DNA of 64,000 bases from Octopus sinensis (taxonomy: Eukaryota). The notes under the pieces are model-generated. The model made no database searches. It saw only the letters and a list, made by a program, of their open reading frames with translations, and was not told the origin of the DNA. Of this stretch, positions 38,473 to 50,252 are shown piece after piece (within the stretch, counting starts at the first letter, position 1; each line of letters starts with the position of its first letter). The position numbers and the translations under genes were made by a program. Where the stretch lies: positions 123,194,001 through 123,258,000 of the forward strand of contig NC_043001.1 in assembly GCF_006345805.1 (NCBI RefSeq), read 5' to 3'.

Positions 38473-38527
38473 ATGTCAGTGTCGAATGAGAGACGTCAAA
38501 ACGGCAGTGACAAAACTACCAATCTAG
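38473..38527 (+). CDS. Candidate first coding exon of a plus-strand gene: MSVSNERRQNGSDKTTNL (phase 1)
   Basis: A at -3 of the ATG, donor G|GTATGC, directly downstream of a (GA)n tract (38395-38434). Short, so chance is possible. Confidence 0.3.
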
Positions 38528-38752
38528 GTATGCATTTTGGCAACAGATCGAAAATGAGTTACGTGTGGAACTTGATAGCTTTCTCCTATTTACATTAATT
38601 TCTCAATGATCTAAGATCAAATTTTCCAGATTAAAAAAAAACAAAAACAGTAAAACAAACTTATAGAACACCTTCTTTTCAAAACTGGAGACTAGTGAAG
38701 GAAGTATATTCTTAGAAAACGGAACAGTATACTATTCATATGGTTGTTGAAT

Positions 38753-39087
38753 GTGAAGGCGCATGGCTCAGTGGTTAGAGCGTCGAGCTTACAATCGTGA
38801 GGTTGTGAGTTCGATTGCGGGATCGGGCTGTGTGTTGTGTTCTTAAGCAAGACACTTTATTTCACGTTGCTCCAGTTAACTCAGCTGTAGAAATGAGTTG
38901 TGACATCGCTGCTACTAAGCTGTGTCGGCCTTTGCCTTATCCCTTGGATAAGTGGTGTGGAGCGGGGATGCTGGTATGCATGGCCGACTGCTGCCCTTCC
39001 ACAAACAATCTTGCCCGGACTTGTGCCTCTGAGGTTAACTTTCTAGGTGCAATCCCATGGTCATTCATGACCGAGGGGCGTCCCCTT
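38753..39087 (+). mobile_element. SINE variant (family C-type head and CORE segment, different 3' tail)
   Basis: A-box TGGCTCAGTGG, B-box GTTCGATTGC, CTTAAGCAAGACACTTTATTTCACGTTGCTCCAG, tail GGTGCAATCCCATGGTCATTCATGACCGA. Confidence 0.85.
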
Positions 39088-41027
39088 CTCCTCCTCATAG
39101 TTGTTGATTATAAAAGTAGTAGCTTGAATATTATGTAGTATAAGAAACAAACGCATAACATACTAAAAATGCGATTTTATTTTTCGTTCAGAGCTGAAGC
39201 TAATAAATTTTTCTAATATGGTATTTTTTAGTTATATTCTATCTCCTTCTAATTTCTATAAATATTATCAAGAAATTAAGTATAAGTTATCGTCACATGT
39301 GAGTAAGTACGACTTGCTAACATGTACCATGTTTTCGCTATTTCTTTTAGCTATTTATGTAGTAACTCTTGATCCGGCGGAGCATTCACATTATGACAGC
39401 TATAGGGAAGAGAGGGCTACACCAAAATATCGGTTGGTACACCTTTATATCTGGGTAGACTAATAAAGTGAAAAAAAAGTGCCTCGCTCAAGAGCATAAA
39501 GCGTCGCCAGGTCAGAAATTGAACCTTGACTTTTATGAGTAGAGAACAACATGTCTAACCACCGGCTACGTGTCTTCATAATAGAGGTGAATTATATTCT
39601 TAGTTGTCTGATTTATTGACGAAGAAAGATTAAATATATCTCATATATTGTTTTGCAAAATCGCTTCTTTTCAAGCGTTTCGTCCTCTGTTATTAATCTC
39701 GTAGGCATGTATTTTAATTGTCATATACAGGACAATCGTATAGTTCATGATATAATCAAGACCCTGCTTGAAATATAAGTGGGTATGCTGGAAACCAGCC
39801 CTAGTACATGACTGATATCCAATCTACAGCGGAGAAGGCTAGCCACTGGATTTGGTTAAAAAGAGACGATGAGCGATGGCTAGAAGTATATTGAGTTCTT
39901 CATAACCAGCTGATCTAGCAAGCGGGGCCTCATATCAGTGAGGGGGGCCGGTGCGCATTGATGCCGTCGAGAGGTAGGCCCCGAAACGGCGCGCATTCTC
40001 TCCTGATGACCCCATACACCTGCTAGCTTCCGATATACGGAGCTTTTAACTGGTAGCACTTGCATGTGCAAGTTGTTTGCAAGATATGTCGTAACTACAA
40101 CGATTAGGACATTCGATGATGAGCGTAGATAGAATCATTCAGAAATGCAGCGATTTATCAAAATGTAACAAAATGGTAAGCCGGAAAAATCTCTATATCA
40201 AATTTTAAACTTCTTTTTAGCCTTTAGTTAAATGTAAACTGAAGCTTAGTAAATTTCCTTCAAGGGGAAAAAACAAAAACGAAAAAGAAAAACAGCTAAA
40301 AAAGAAAAAAATAGGGAAACTGCAAATCACAGCTAAAATAATTACGAAACTGTATTTTCACCACATATCTTAATTAGGACTAATAGGATCAATATTTTAA
40401 GCATTAAACTAAATTAGTCAACAGAAAAAAATATTTAACGTATAAACAACAATTATATTTAATAAGACTAGTATTTTAACTAGAAATTTTAATTATGCTT
40501 TATATGGCAAATATTTTAACTATAAACTATAATTACATCTAATAGGAATAATATTGTTTTCTTTTTGAGATGTATATAGCACCTAATTTTAAGTGTGAAG
40601 TAATAGGATATTGTGATTGTCAGAATTTTACGAGGAAGATTTGGTAGACTCGTTAGACATTTCAAATAAATTATGTAGCGAAGTATTTAATTCTACCTCT
40701 TTATAATCTGAGTTCAAATCCTGCAGAGATCACTTTTTATCTCGCTTCATGGTAGGGGACTAATAATCCTTTCTAATATAGGAATTTTGTGAGAGGTGGC
40801 TAGTCGATTACTTCAATCCCAGTACCAAACATGTACTTATTTTATCGATCCTGAAAAGATGAATGGTAAAGCCAACCTCGACTGCACTTCAACTCAGAAC
40901 ATAAATAGAAAAAAAAGCGCGATAACGGTCCTGACACCTTGTCATCTTAATGGGGTTAATAATAATAGAATCAAGTATTAGTCAGATACGGGGACCTGTT
41001 TTCTCGACTGATACTGGAATCTTTCAG

Positions 41028-41156
41028 GCTTTTTCAAGTACGTCACTGTGGCTGAAAACCTCCTCAATGAATCCTTTGAGGGTTGTTTAGAATTTAAGAG
41101 CGGGTAGCTGTGCTACCTCTACGATAAGTCAACAGAAAAAAATTACTTTCTGAAAG
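41028..41156 (+). CDS. Candidate 129-nt phase 1-1 exon with one in-frame TAG: (G)FFKYVTVAENLLNESFEGCLEFKSG*LCYLYDKSTEKNYFLK
   Basis: Acceptor ATCTTTCAG, donor AAG|GTAAAA, symmetric phase matching 38527 and 63715; TAG at 41105-07. Could be a pseudo-exon. Confidence 0.3.
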
Positions 41157-42559
41157 GTAAAAGAAACAAAGTTAAACTGCTTGAATTTCATCCAGAATCA
41201 AAACCATAATTCCCCGTGATGCAGCTTTAATGATGAAATGTAGTTGCATCGTGGGGAAATATATAATGGTAAACACATCGTCTGCAATTTCATCGCTAGG
41301 TAATTTCATCGAAACGTAATTACACCGCAAGCCAATCTCAGTAACTTCATCGCCATACCGAATACATTGTCGGCAAATTCATCATCATATTTTTTATTCG
41401 AAGAGTATATATATATATTGCTAAACATTATTTAAATGTTTCTTTTTATTCTTTGAGTAAATACGTCATATTTCATTTTTAAAAATTCGAAGATCAAAAT
41501 TCCCATCATACGATCTGAAATTCTTAAAATTATTCAAAAAGAAACAATCCAAAAACGAAGTAATAATCAGGCACTATATTGCCAGTATAGAAATTCTATA
41601 TTGCAAAAAGGAATACAGAAATAATATAGCAAGAATTCAATGCATTGCCAATGAATATAAAAATCCCATTTAAAACAACGCTGTCTTTTTTTACAGCAAA
41701 TTTTTGATGATTCTATGTTAAAGAATAGCTTTGATTTGTTTTTCCATGCATATATAAACTAAATTTGATATTAAACTTTTGTCTTCGAAATTCTTTTTCC
41801 GTGTTTAACTCAGACGCTAAAACTTTAGCGCTGTAATTATTCTGCAGACGGAGAGTTTGCTGGTGCTTTGGTATGATGGCGTAATAACTGTGTAATGAAA
41901 TCATCGTAATATGTTTCTCTCTTTGGTTCTGAGTTCGGATCCTGGCTGTCTCAGTTGTGGATTTCATCGCTCCAGGGGCGTGAAAGGTATAGAAACTATG
42001 GTATAGGTATCATAAATTCTGAGATAAATCTAAAGTAGTTAAGCTCCATTTAGTATACGCATACAATAGTTAGACTAAGACTACTGTTAGAATAGATATC
42101 CCGACTAAAAACACTGTTACAACTCAGTTACAGGCACAATATCTTTGAAAGACTGAAAAGACATTGAATAATGTAGTCTGAGATACCCTTAAAAAGCGGG
42201 ATGGTCCTGGCTGGAATGCTTTTATTTACTGGCCTATTCGTTCAGAGTTAACATGCAGCTAATCTACACCATGACAACAACAATAAAAATAACAACAAAG
42301 TCATTGCAATACCACTAACAGTAACAACAATAGTCACGAACAACAACAAAGACAGCAACGTGAACAGTAACAAAACAGAAGATAACACTATCCTGCCAAT
42401 ATAAATTGTTGATACAATTTTTATGACGAAGAAGCTAAAAGTTCTATAGAATTTGAAAAAAGGAAATCTTGAAAAGACATCTTGGAAAACAGGACCCGAA
42501 GAAAAGTGAGTTGATAATGATAAAATATAAGTAAGGCACGTAATACCATCGCTTTATAT

Positions 42560-42777
42560 AAATATATATATATGTATGTATATATGTATATATATATATG
42601 TGTGATTATATATATATGCATGCATATATGTATGTATATATATGTGTATGTATGTTTATATATGTATGCATATATATATGTATATATATGTATGTATATG
42701 TATATATAAATGTATATATATATATATATATGTATATATATGTATGTATATATATATGTATGTATATATATATATAT

Positions 42778-42810
<33 letters not shown>

Positions 42811-42924
42811 GTATATGTATATATATGTATGCATATACATATGTATTTATATGTGCATATATGTATGTATATATGTATATATGTATATATATATATGTAT
42901 ATATATGTATATATATATATATAC

Positions 42925-42968
<44 letters not shown>

Positions 42969-42985
42969 TATACATATATACAGCA
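42560..42985. repeat. Degenerate (TA)/(TATG) microsatellite field
   Basis: Read directly. Confidence 0.95.
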
Positions 42986-43401
42986 ATGACAAAACAATAC
43001 AAATATTTACTGTTTTGAGAAACGGGAGAGGAAAGAAAAAAGGATAAAGACAGCGAGGAAGGGACAAAGAGGGATAGAGATAGAAAGAAAGAAGAGGATG
43101 GAGACAAAGATTGAGAAGAAATTGATAATGAAAAAAAATAACGGTGGTGATGGTGATGATGAAGATGATGATGATGATGATGATGTTTCTGAAGATAATG
43201 ATGATAAAGATGGCGATGATGTTTACAATGAAAAAAAAAAAAAAAACAAAGAAAATTATGTGGAGTAGATAAATGATGGACAGAACATATTTTCTTTGGA
43301 CGTAAATTCAATACTATTGAAATTAGATGGCTGAAACGCACAAACGCGCACGCATAGAGAAGCACATATCATCACACACATCATACACATATATTCATAT
43401 G

Positions 43402-43443
<42 letters not shown>

Positions 43444-44894
43444 ACACACACACACACACATACACACACACACGTATACAGAGATATGTTTCTAGCACTA
43501 AAGAAATTTGTCTGTCAGTGGTAGTCATGCGTTACTCGCAGCAAATGATCAATAAGCAAGCGAAAGAGATCATATTTATTTGATTTTGCTTCGACAAAGA
43601 ACGTGTATTTATGTTATTAGCATACATACACACATGCATACGCACATACCTACTTACCTACCGACCTACCTATATACATACATACATACATACATGTACG
43701 TACATATCAATGTATGTATGTCTATGTGTGTGTGCATACATATATATATATCTACACATATATCAGTATACACCTATATATATATACATATATATATATA
43801 TACGCACATATATATATATATATGATTAAATAAACAAATATATATGTATATATATATATATATATATGGTCAGATATATATTCTTAGATGCTTACACTCA
43901 TGTAGATATAAGTGCGTAATTAAATAGATATATTGGTAAGTACGTGCATGCTAACATAACAGTATTACACGCACAAAAGATATTAAAAAATTAATATATT
44001 TAAAATGGACAACTGTCAAAGTATCAGCCTTGAGTGTTTATGTCAATAATTCAACTCCGCTCTCACTATACGTTTCCGAATCTAGACACATACACGTAAT
44101 CACACATAAAGTGATGGGCCCATACAGAGAGAGATACATAGAAATACACATGGTTATATACCAACGGATAAACTGACTCCACCACACATATTGCAACATT
44201 GATAGAAGTATACAGATAGGTATACTCATATTGACGCATATCTATTGACAGATACAATGATACAGACTCAGGTATATACGTATAAACACATGCGCATAAA
44301 TGTAGTCGCACGAAACAAAAATTTGAGAATCGTCAAGACAAATGCAAATGGATTGATAAAAAGCAACATAGGCCACAAATATTGGGACCAAAGTGAAAAA
44401 ATTATCCTCTGAGAGTGTTGCATCAGAATGGCTGTAATCAGATGAGTGAAGCCAGTAAATAAATAAACAATAAAAGTTGTGACTGATTTAAATATCTCTA
44501 CGAAGTCCTCTTCATTGGTGGACAGATGAGGAGTGCGTGTCCCCTGAAAAGTAGTCAACTAGCCATGAAACATATCTCCTAATTTTATGTTGTGCGAAAA
44601 GAACAACAAATTACATTAATCTTTGTGTACTTTCCACAGCAGAGGCATTGCAAACTGTAGCCTAACTACATTAAATTTATCTTAAATTTTCTAATACAAG
44701 CTGTTTATATGCAAAATGTTTAAGCATTTAATGACGCCTTCCATTAATGATAGCTATGCAAATTAGTCTATCTTTTTCAACTGTGATTGATTCAAATAGC
44801 TATTACTATGATGTTGACCAAGCAGCGATGTCATGGTAATTTTTTCATTTTCCTGTGCGCAAAGAGAATGACTAAGAAGCGTTCACAATTGTTT

Positions 44895-44930
<36 letters not shown>

Positions 44931-44933
<3 letters not shown>

Positions 44934-45537
44934 AATTGAGATAGGGGTTGTAGATGCAACTTCTACAGCTGTAAGATCTAATTTATACTTATATTTATAT
45001 TTACTTGTATTTATATTCTCTTTTATATATATTCTACTTATTATACAACATTACTCTTTTATGTACACTTTTTTATGTACATTCCTTTATGTACACTGAT
45101 TTGTTCTGCTTTTTATATTTAACCCTACAGTCTCTTATGTGGTGGCTTAATAAAGTATGTGATTGAGTATTATCTGGTAATTGATATTTGGTTTAGATGT
45201 ATTTCTCCATTTTCTTATCTTGTATATTATATATATATATATATATACAAATTGAGATAGGGGTTGTAGATGCAACTTCTACAGCTGTAAGATCTAATTT
45301 ATACTTATATTTATATTTACTTGTATTATATTCTCTTTTATATATATTCTACTTATTATACAACATTACTCTTTTATGTACACTTTTTTATGTACATTCC
45401 TTTATGTACACTGATTTGTTCTGCTTTTTATATTTAACCCTACAGTCTCTTATGTGGTGGCTTAATAAAGTATGTGATTGAGTATTATCTGGTAATTGAT
45501 ATTTGGTTTAGATGTATTTCTCCATTTTCTTATCTTG

Positions 45538-45540
<3 letters not shown>
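44931..45540. repeat. Tandem duplication of a ~295-bp AT-rich unit (period 316) separated by (TA)n
   Basis: 44931-45225 vs 45247-45540 differ by only two 1-nt indels that I could find. Confidence 0.9.
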
Positions 45541-45572
<32 letters not shown>

Positions 45573-46689
45573 GATCGAACGCCACGCATCCTTTTCCATA
45601 TATATGTAGATATGTACATAAATATACTTATATATGCATATATTTATATATTTTATATACTATTATATGATCGAACGCCACGCATCTTTTTCCAAGTAAG
45701 TTCTATCTATCTTAACGGCTACTTGCAAGTGATTAGGACATCTGGCAGTATGTATCATCTTTTCGTAATGGTTTATCTTTCTATGTAGTCGTGAGCAGAC
45801 ATAGAAACTCTCTCGGCATTCCCGCCTTTAACTTAAAGGACACCCACGATGAGCTAGTATTTATTTTCAGCTGAACAGACTTCAGCAACGTGAAATGAAA
45901 ATGCGCCATCTAGTCCCGAAATCGAACCCACGACTTTATGATAATAAGACCAGTACACTAGCCTCTAGTCCACGAAATAAACACAAAAAAAATTGTGTAA
46001 AGATATGATCTCTTCACCCTATATTTTGCAGGTTAGCATTCCATCAATCGGTAGAGTGATAGAAATTGTAGACTGTCAGCCTCGAAACGTTAACTTATGT
46101 ATTTTAAAGCTATAACATTGTTACAATCTAGGTGGTGATCTGTTTGGCTTCCATACATCTTGATTAGATAAATTAAGTACCTGTAATATACTGGTTTCGT
46201 TCAGACTATATTTTCTCAATATACTGTGCATTCGTGTATTAATTTGTGGCATTACGCCAGTGTAAAAAATCAATATTTTTGTACTAAATCACCCGCGCAA
46301 GCACACTCACACACACACGTGCAGACTCACATGCATGCGTATCTACGTAAACATTTAACTATTATCGTTGGTATTTATACAGGAATCTGAGAGAAATCAT
46401 TGTAAAGACTTAGATAGCTACCTCTGTCACACACACACACACCTTCGTATAACGGAAAAGACATACAATCGTAACTTATTCTTTTATTCTATCACCCAAA
46501 CAATACATACACATGCGTGCGCGTACACATATTTGCGCGCTGGTGCACAATACATTATAGTATGGACTTAAACATACAACTTAGTCTTCTATACATACGC
46601 ATGCAATGGAATTCACACCGTGACAAACGAGTATGAAATGCTTTAATATTTACAAACACAATCGTCACATTGATACATACACACGTACA

Positions 46690-46895
46690 CATACATACAT
46701 ACATACATACATACATACATACATACATACATACATACATACATACATACATACATACATACATGCATACATACATACATATATACATACATATATACAT
46801 ACATACATACATACATACATACATACATACATGCATACATACATACATATATACATACATATATACATACATACATTCATAAATACATACATACA
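46690..46895. repeat. (CATA)n tetranucleotide repeat
   Basis: Read directly. Confidence 0.95.
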
Positions 46896-47461
46896 TAACA
46901 AGACATACATTTATAATATACAAACATAAACATACGCACAAACATAACATACATATATACATACATACATTTATGTGTGTATATACGTGAATATTTTTTT
47001 CCCTAGTTCTAGATCAAACAGTGTTCATAAACAAGTTAATAAGTACTTATTCGAAAGGCAATGAAAACATTAATCTGTAACTATTGGGAAGAGAAGCAAA
47101 TATTTTTTTTTGTATTATAACAGCATCTATTTGAAGTCTCGTCGGTGAATAGTTGTTCAAACAAAGAGTTACAACAATATCAAAATAAAAAAAAAAACCC
47201 ACATTCGAGTGGATGATGGATTATCTTTTCAAGAATTCAAATAAACACGCAAGCGCAAAGAGAAGAAATACAGAAACAAATGAAAAATATTAATATAAAA
47301 AATGAGGCAAAATATTTTCTTGTCTTGTTAAACCACTTTGCTAATTAAATTATCTGTATAAAGTATGGCAAAAACTTTATTATTTTATTTTCCCACAAGT
47401 ATTCCCACAAGTGTCGGTTGGCATTGTCAAACCTCAGAATATTACTGGTAAATTAATAATG

Positions 47462-47642
47462 GTTTTACATTTTGGCACAAGGCCAGCAATCTCGGGGGAG
47501 AGGTCAGGTCGATTATATCGACCTCCAGTGCTCAACTTGTGCTTATTTTATCGACTCCGAAAGGAGGTAAGGTAAAGTCGACCTCGGCGGAATTTGAACT
47601 CAAAACTTTTGATCGGCATCTTACTGGTTGATAAATAATACC
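47462..47642 (-). mobile_element. SINE family B 3' part, tail type i (insertion target)
   Basis: TTTTGGCACAAGGCCAGCAAT...AAAGTCGACCTCGGCGGAATTTGAACTC. Confidence 0.85.
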
Positions 47643-47842
47643 TATTTCTTTACTACCCACAAGGGGCTAAACACAGAGGGGGCAAACAAGAAGACACAGA
47701 CGGATTAAGTAGATTATATCGACCCCAGTGCGTAACTGGTACTTAATTTACCGACCCCGAAAGGATGAAAGACAAAGTCGACCTCGGCGGAATTTGAACT
47801 CAAAACTTTTGATCGGCATCTTACTGGTTGATAAATAATACC
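47643..47842 (-). mobile_element. SINE family B 3' part, tail type iii, with a 69-bp duplication of the target
   Basis: TATTTCTTTACTACCCACAAGGGGCTAAACACAGAG...; 47574-47642 is identical to 47774-47842. Confidence 0.85.
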
Positions 47843-49519
47843 GAACATAATTTGGGAAACAAACGGATGCATTAACTTGACGAACAAAAAATAGATGCAG
47901 TAGCAGACTAATAGTGCAGTTTTCTGTCACTCGAACGATACATACATACATACATAAATTCTCATTTGTACCTATCATCACAGGTGCACAAAAACCTTGA
48001 AGTACTCGGTTTCACGGAAAAAGAGCAAATAAAACTGACACGGATTCCCCAAATCCTTTTATTAGTGGCACAGTGAAGATTTGTAAGACATTCTAAAAAT
48101 TCTCCATGTGAGATTCTTAAGTGAATAGATGCACAAACTTGGGTGTATGCATCGACAATCCAGCCAACACACCAACTCAACCATATGTTTACAAACATCG
48201 GGAGCTCTTTTAACTCAAACAGTCTTGTTACTCTGTTAGCCACCGGCTTGAACTCTCCCAAGAGGAATTCAAGTTAAACTAAAAAGTTGCTCAAAATCTA
48301 GAAATGCCAACATTTTCAAGAGCAAAAGAAACTGACTCGCGTCCTCCAAATTCTATGTATTAGCTTCGCAATATAAAAATTTGAGAGATGCCAAAGATTT
48401 TCCATTTGAATTTCTTTAGATGAAAATGTATCAAGCCACTTGGTTGTGTGCATTTATCAAGACAAAGATGTAAAAAGTAATGATGAACACAGTCATATAT
48501 ATATGCATGTATATATATAGATATATGAATGAATGTGTGTATGTAAACGTGTGTCTATGTATATATATATATATATGTATGTATGAATGCATATGTATAT
48601 ATATATATGTATGCATGTATATATATACATATATGTATGTATGAATGTATGTATGTAAACGTGTGTCTATGTATATATGTGTGTCTGGTGTGTTGCCACA
48701 ATGAACTTTAGAGTAAATTCTTCAACCTGCACTGTATGTATGAAGAATAACTTAAATACATCTAAAAGAAAGCCATATATATCAGTCTCTTTTTGCCGAA
48801 CCGCTAGGTTTCGGGATGTAAGTAAATCAACACTTGTTGACAAGTGGGGGGACAAACACAAACACATACATACGTACACACACGCATCAGAGACAATGAT
48901 TTATAATAGCAGTTGGCACGCAGGTACACAAAACACGCGCGCACGTATGCACAAGCCCCTAAGTACTAAGGAAACAGGTTCACACAGAATTTAAGTACAG
49001 GTACGTACACCTACATATATGCACACATTAACTCGATCACATATTTTCAAACTCCGGAAAGGGTCTCAATACAAAATGTCTTGTCACTTTGCTAGCGGCC
49101 AGCTTGAACTCCTGAAGAATAACTTAAATACATCTAAAGGAAAGCCATATATATCAATCCCTTTTTGCCGAACCGCTAAGTTTCGGGATGTAAGCAAATC
49201 AACACTTGTTGAGAAGTGGGGTACAAACACAAACACATTTATACGTACATACACGCATCCACTGGCACACATATATACACCAGCGCCACCGCAAAGTTTC
49301 CATCTACCAAATTCACTCACAAGGCATTGGCCATTCTGGGATTATAGGGGAGGATATTCGTCCAGGTGTTCGAAACCACATGGCTGCAAACTGAACTTTT
49401 TAACTACACAGCGAAACTTGCACCTATGAATGTTGTCTTAGAATATAATTCTTCTTTAAATCTAATAGGTTATAAATAAGTATATAAATAATATATAAAT
49501 TTATGCATATATACATACA

Positions 49520-49700
49520 TACCGGGGTGTCATTGCCGAGTTGGAGGTGTTCCGAGAACCGGTCAGCCAAGCGGCGTCCCGTTTGCCTAAGTATAGAGAA
49601 GGGCAGAGAGAGCAGGAGATGCTATACAACTTGTACTGAAGAGCTAAGAAAAGCTGGAACGTGTGTACAGTTGCTGGGGAATTTTTCGACACGAAACTCA
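49520..49700 (+). mobile_element. Possible decayed Tc1 transposase N-terminal (HTH) remnant
   Basis: SENRSAKRRPVCLS...TCTEELRKAGTCV resembles R.GRP..LS...T..EL...GT.VS; weak. Confidence 0.3.
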
Positions 49701-50037
49701 TAGTTAACTCCTGATTTTATAACAATGATTTCCTACATTTGAATAAGGCTTCAAAAGCAATGAAACCAATTTCACTGATCCCTTTATGAGATTACATAAA
49801 ATAAAGCCCGTTATTTAAAAATAGCCAATGAATTTCATTGAATTAATTGCATATACAGTGCAGGTTGAAGTATTTACTCTAAAGTTCATTGTGGCAACAC
49901 ACCGGACACACATATATACATAGACACACGTTTTCATACATACATTCATATATACATAAATACATACATACATACATACGTCTTATGTATAATGTAATAT
50001 ATATGTATATCTCTCTATATATGTTTGTATGCATGTA

Positions 50038-50103
<66 letters not shown>

Positions 50104-50172
50104 ACACACATGTACACAAACATATATGCGTTGACCTCTCTTTCTACCTGTCTCTCTGTATATACATACATA

Positions 50173-50252
<80 letters not shown>

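Noticed and set aside
44268-44558. Hydrophobic 96-aa minus-strand ORF resembling a membrane protein or 7TM fragment
   Set aside because: No convincing donor, stops in the continuation, and a length expected by chance; the opposite strand reads NLRIVKTNANGL, like a decayed APE endonuclease start, whose A-rich antisense is naturally hydrophobic.
47984-48076. Plus-strand acceptor followed by VHKNLEVLGFTEKEQ, reminiscent of a myosin motor motif
   Set aside because: Stop after 30 codons, phase 0 is incompatible with the other plus candidates, and no other myosin exons are visible.
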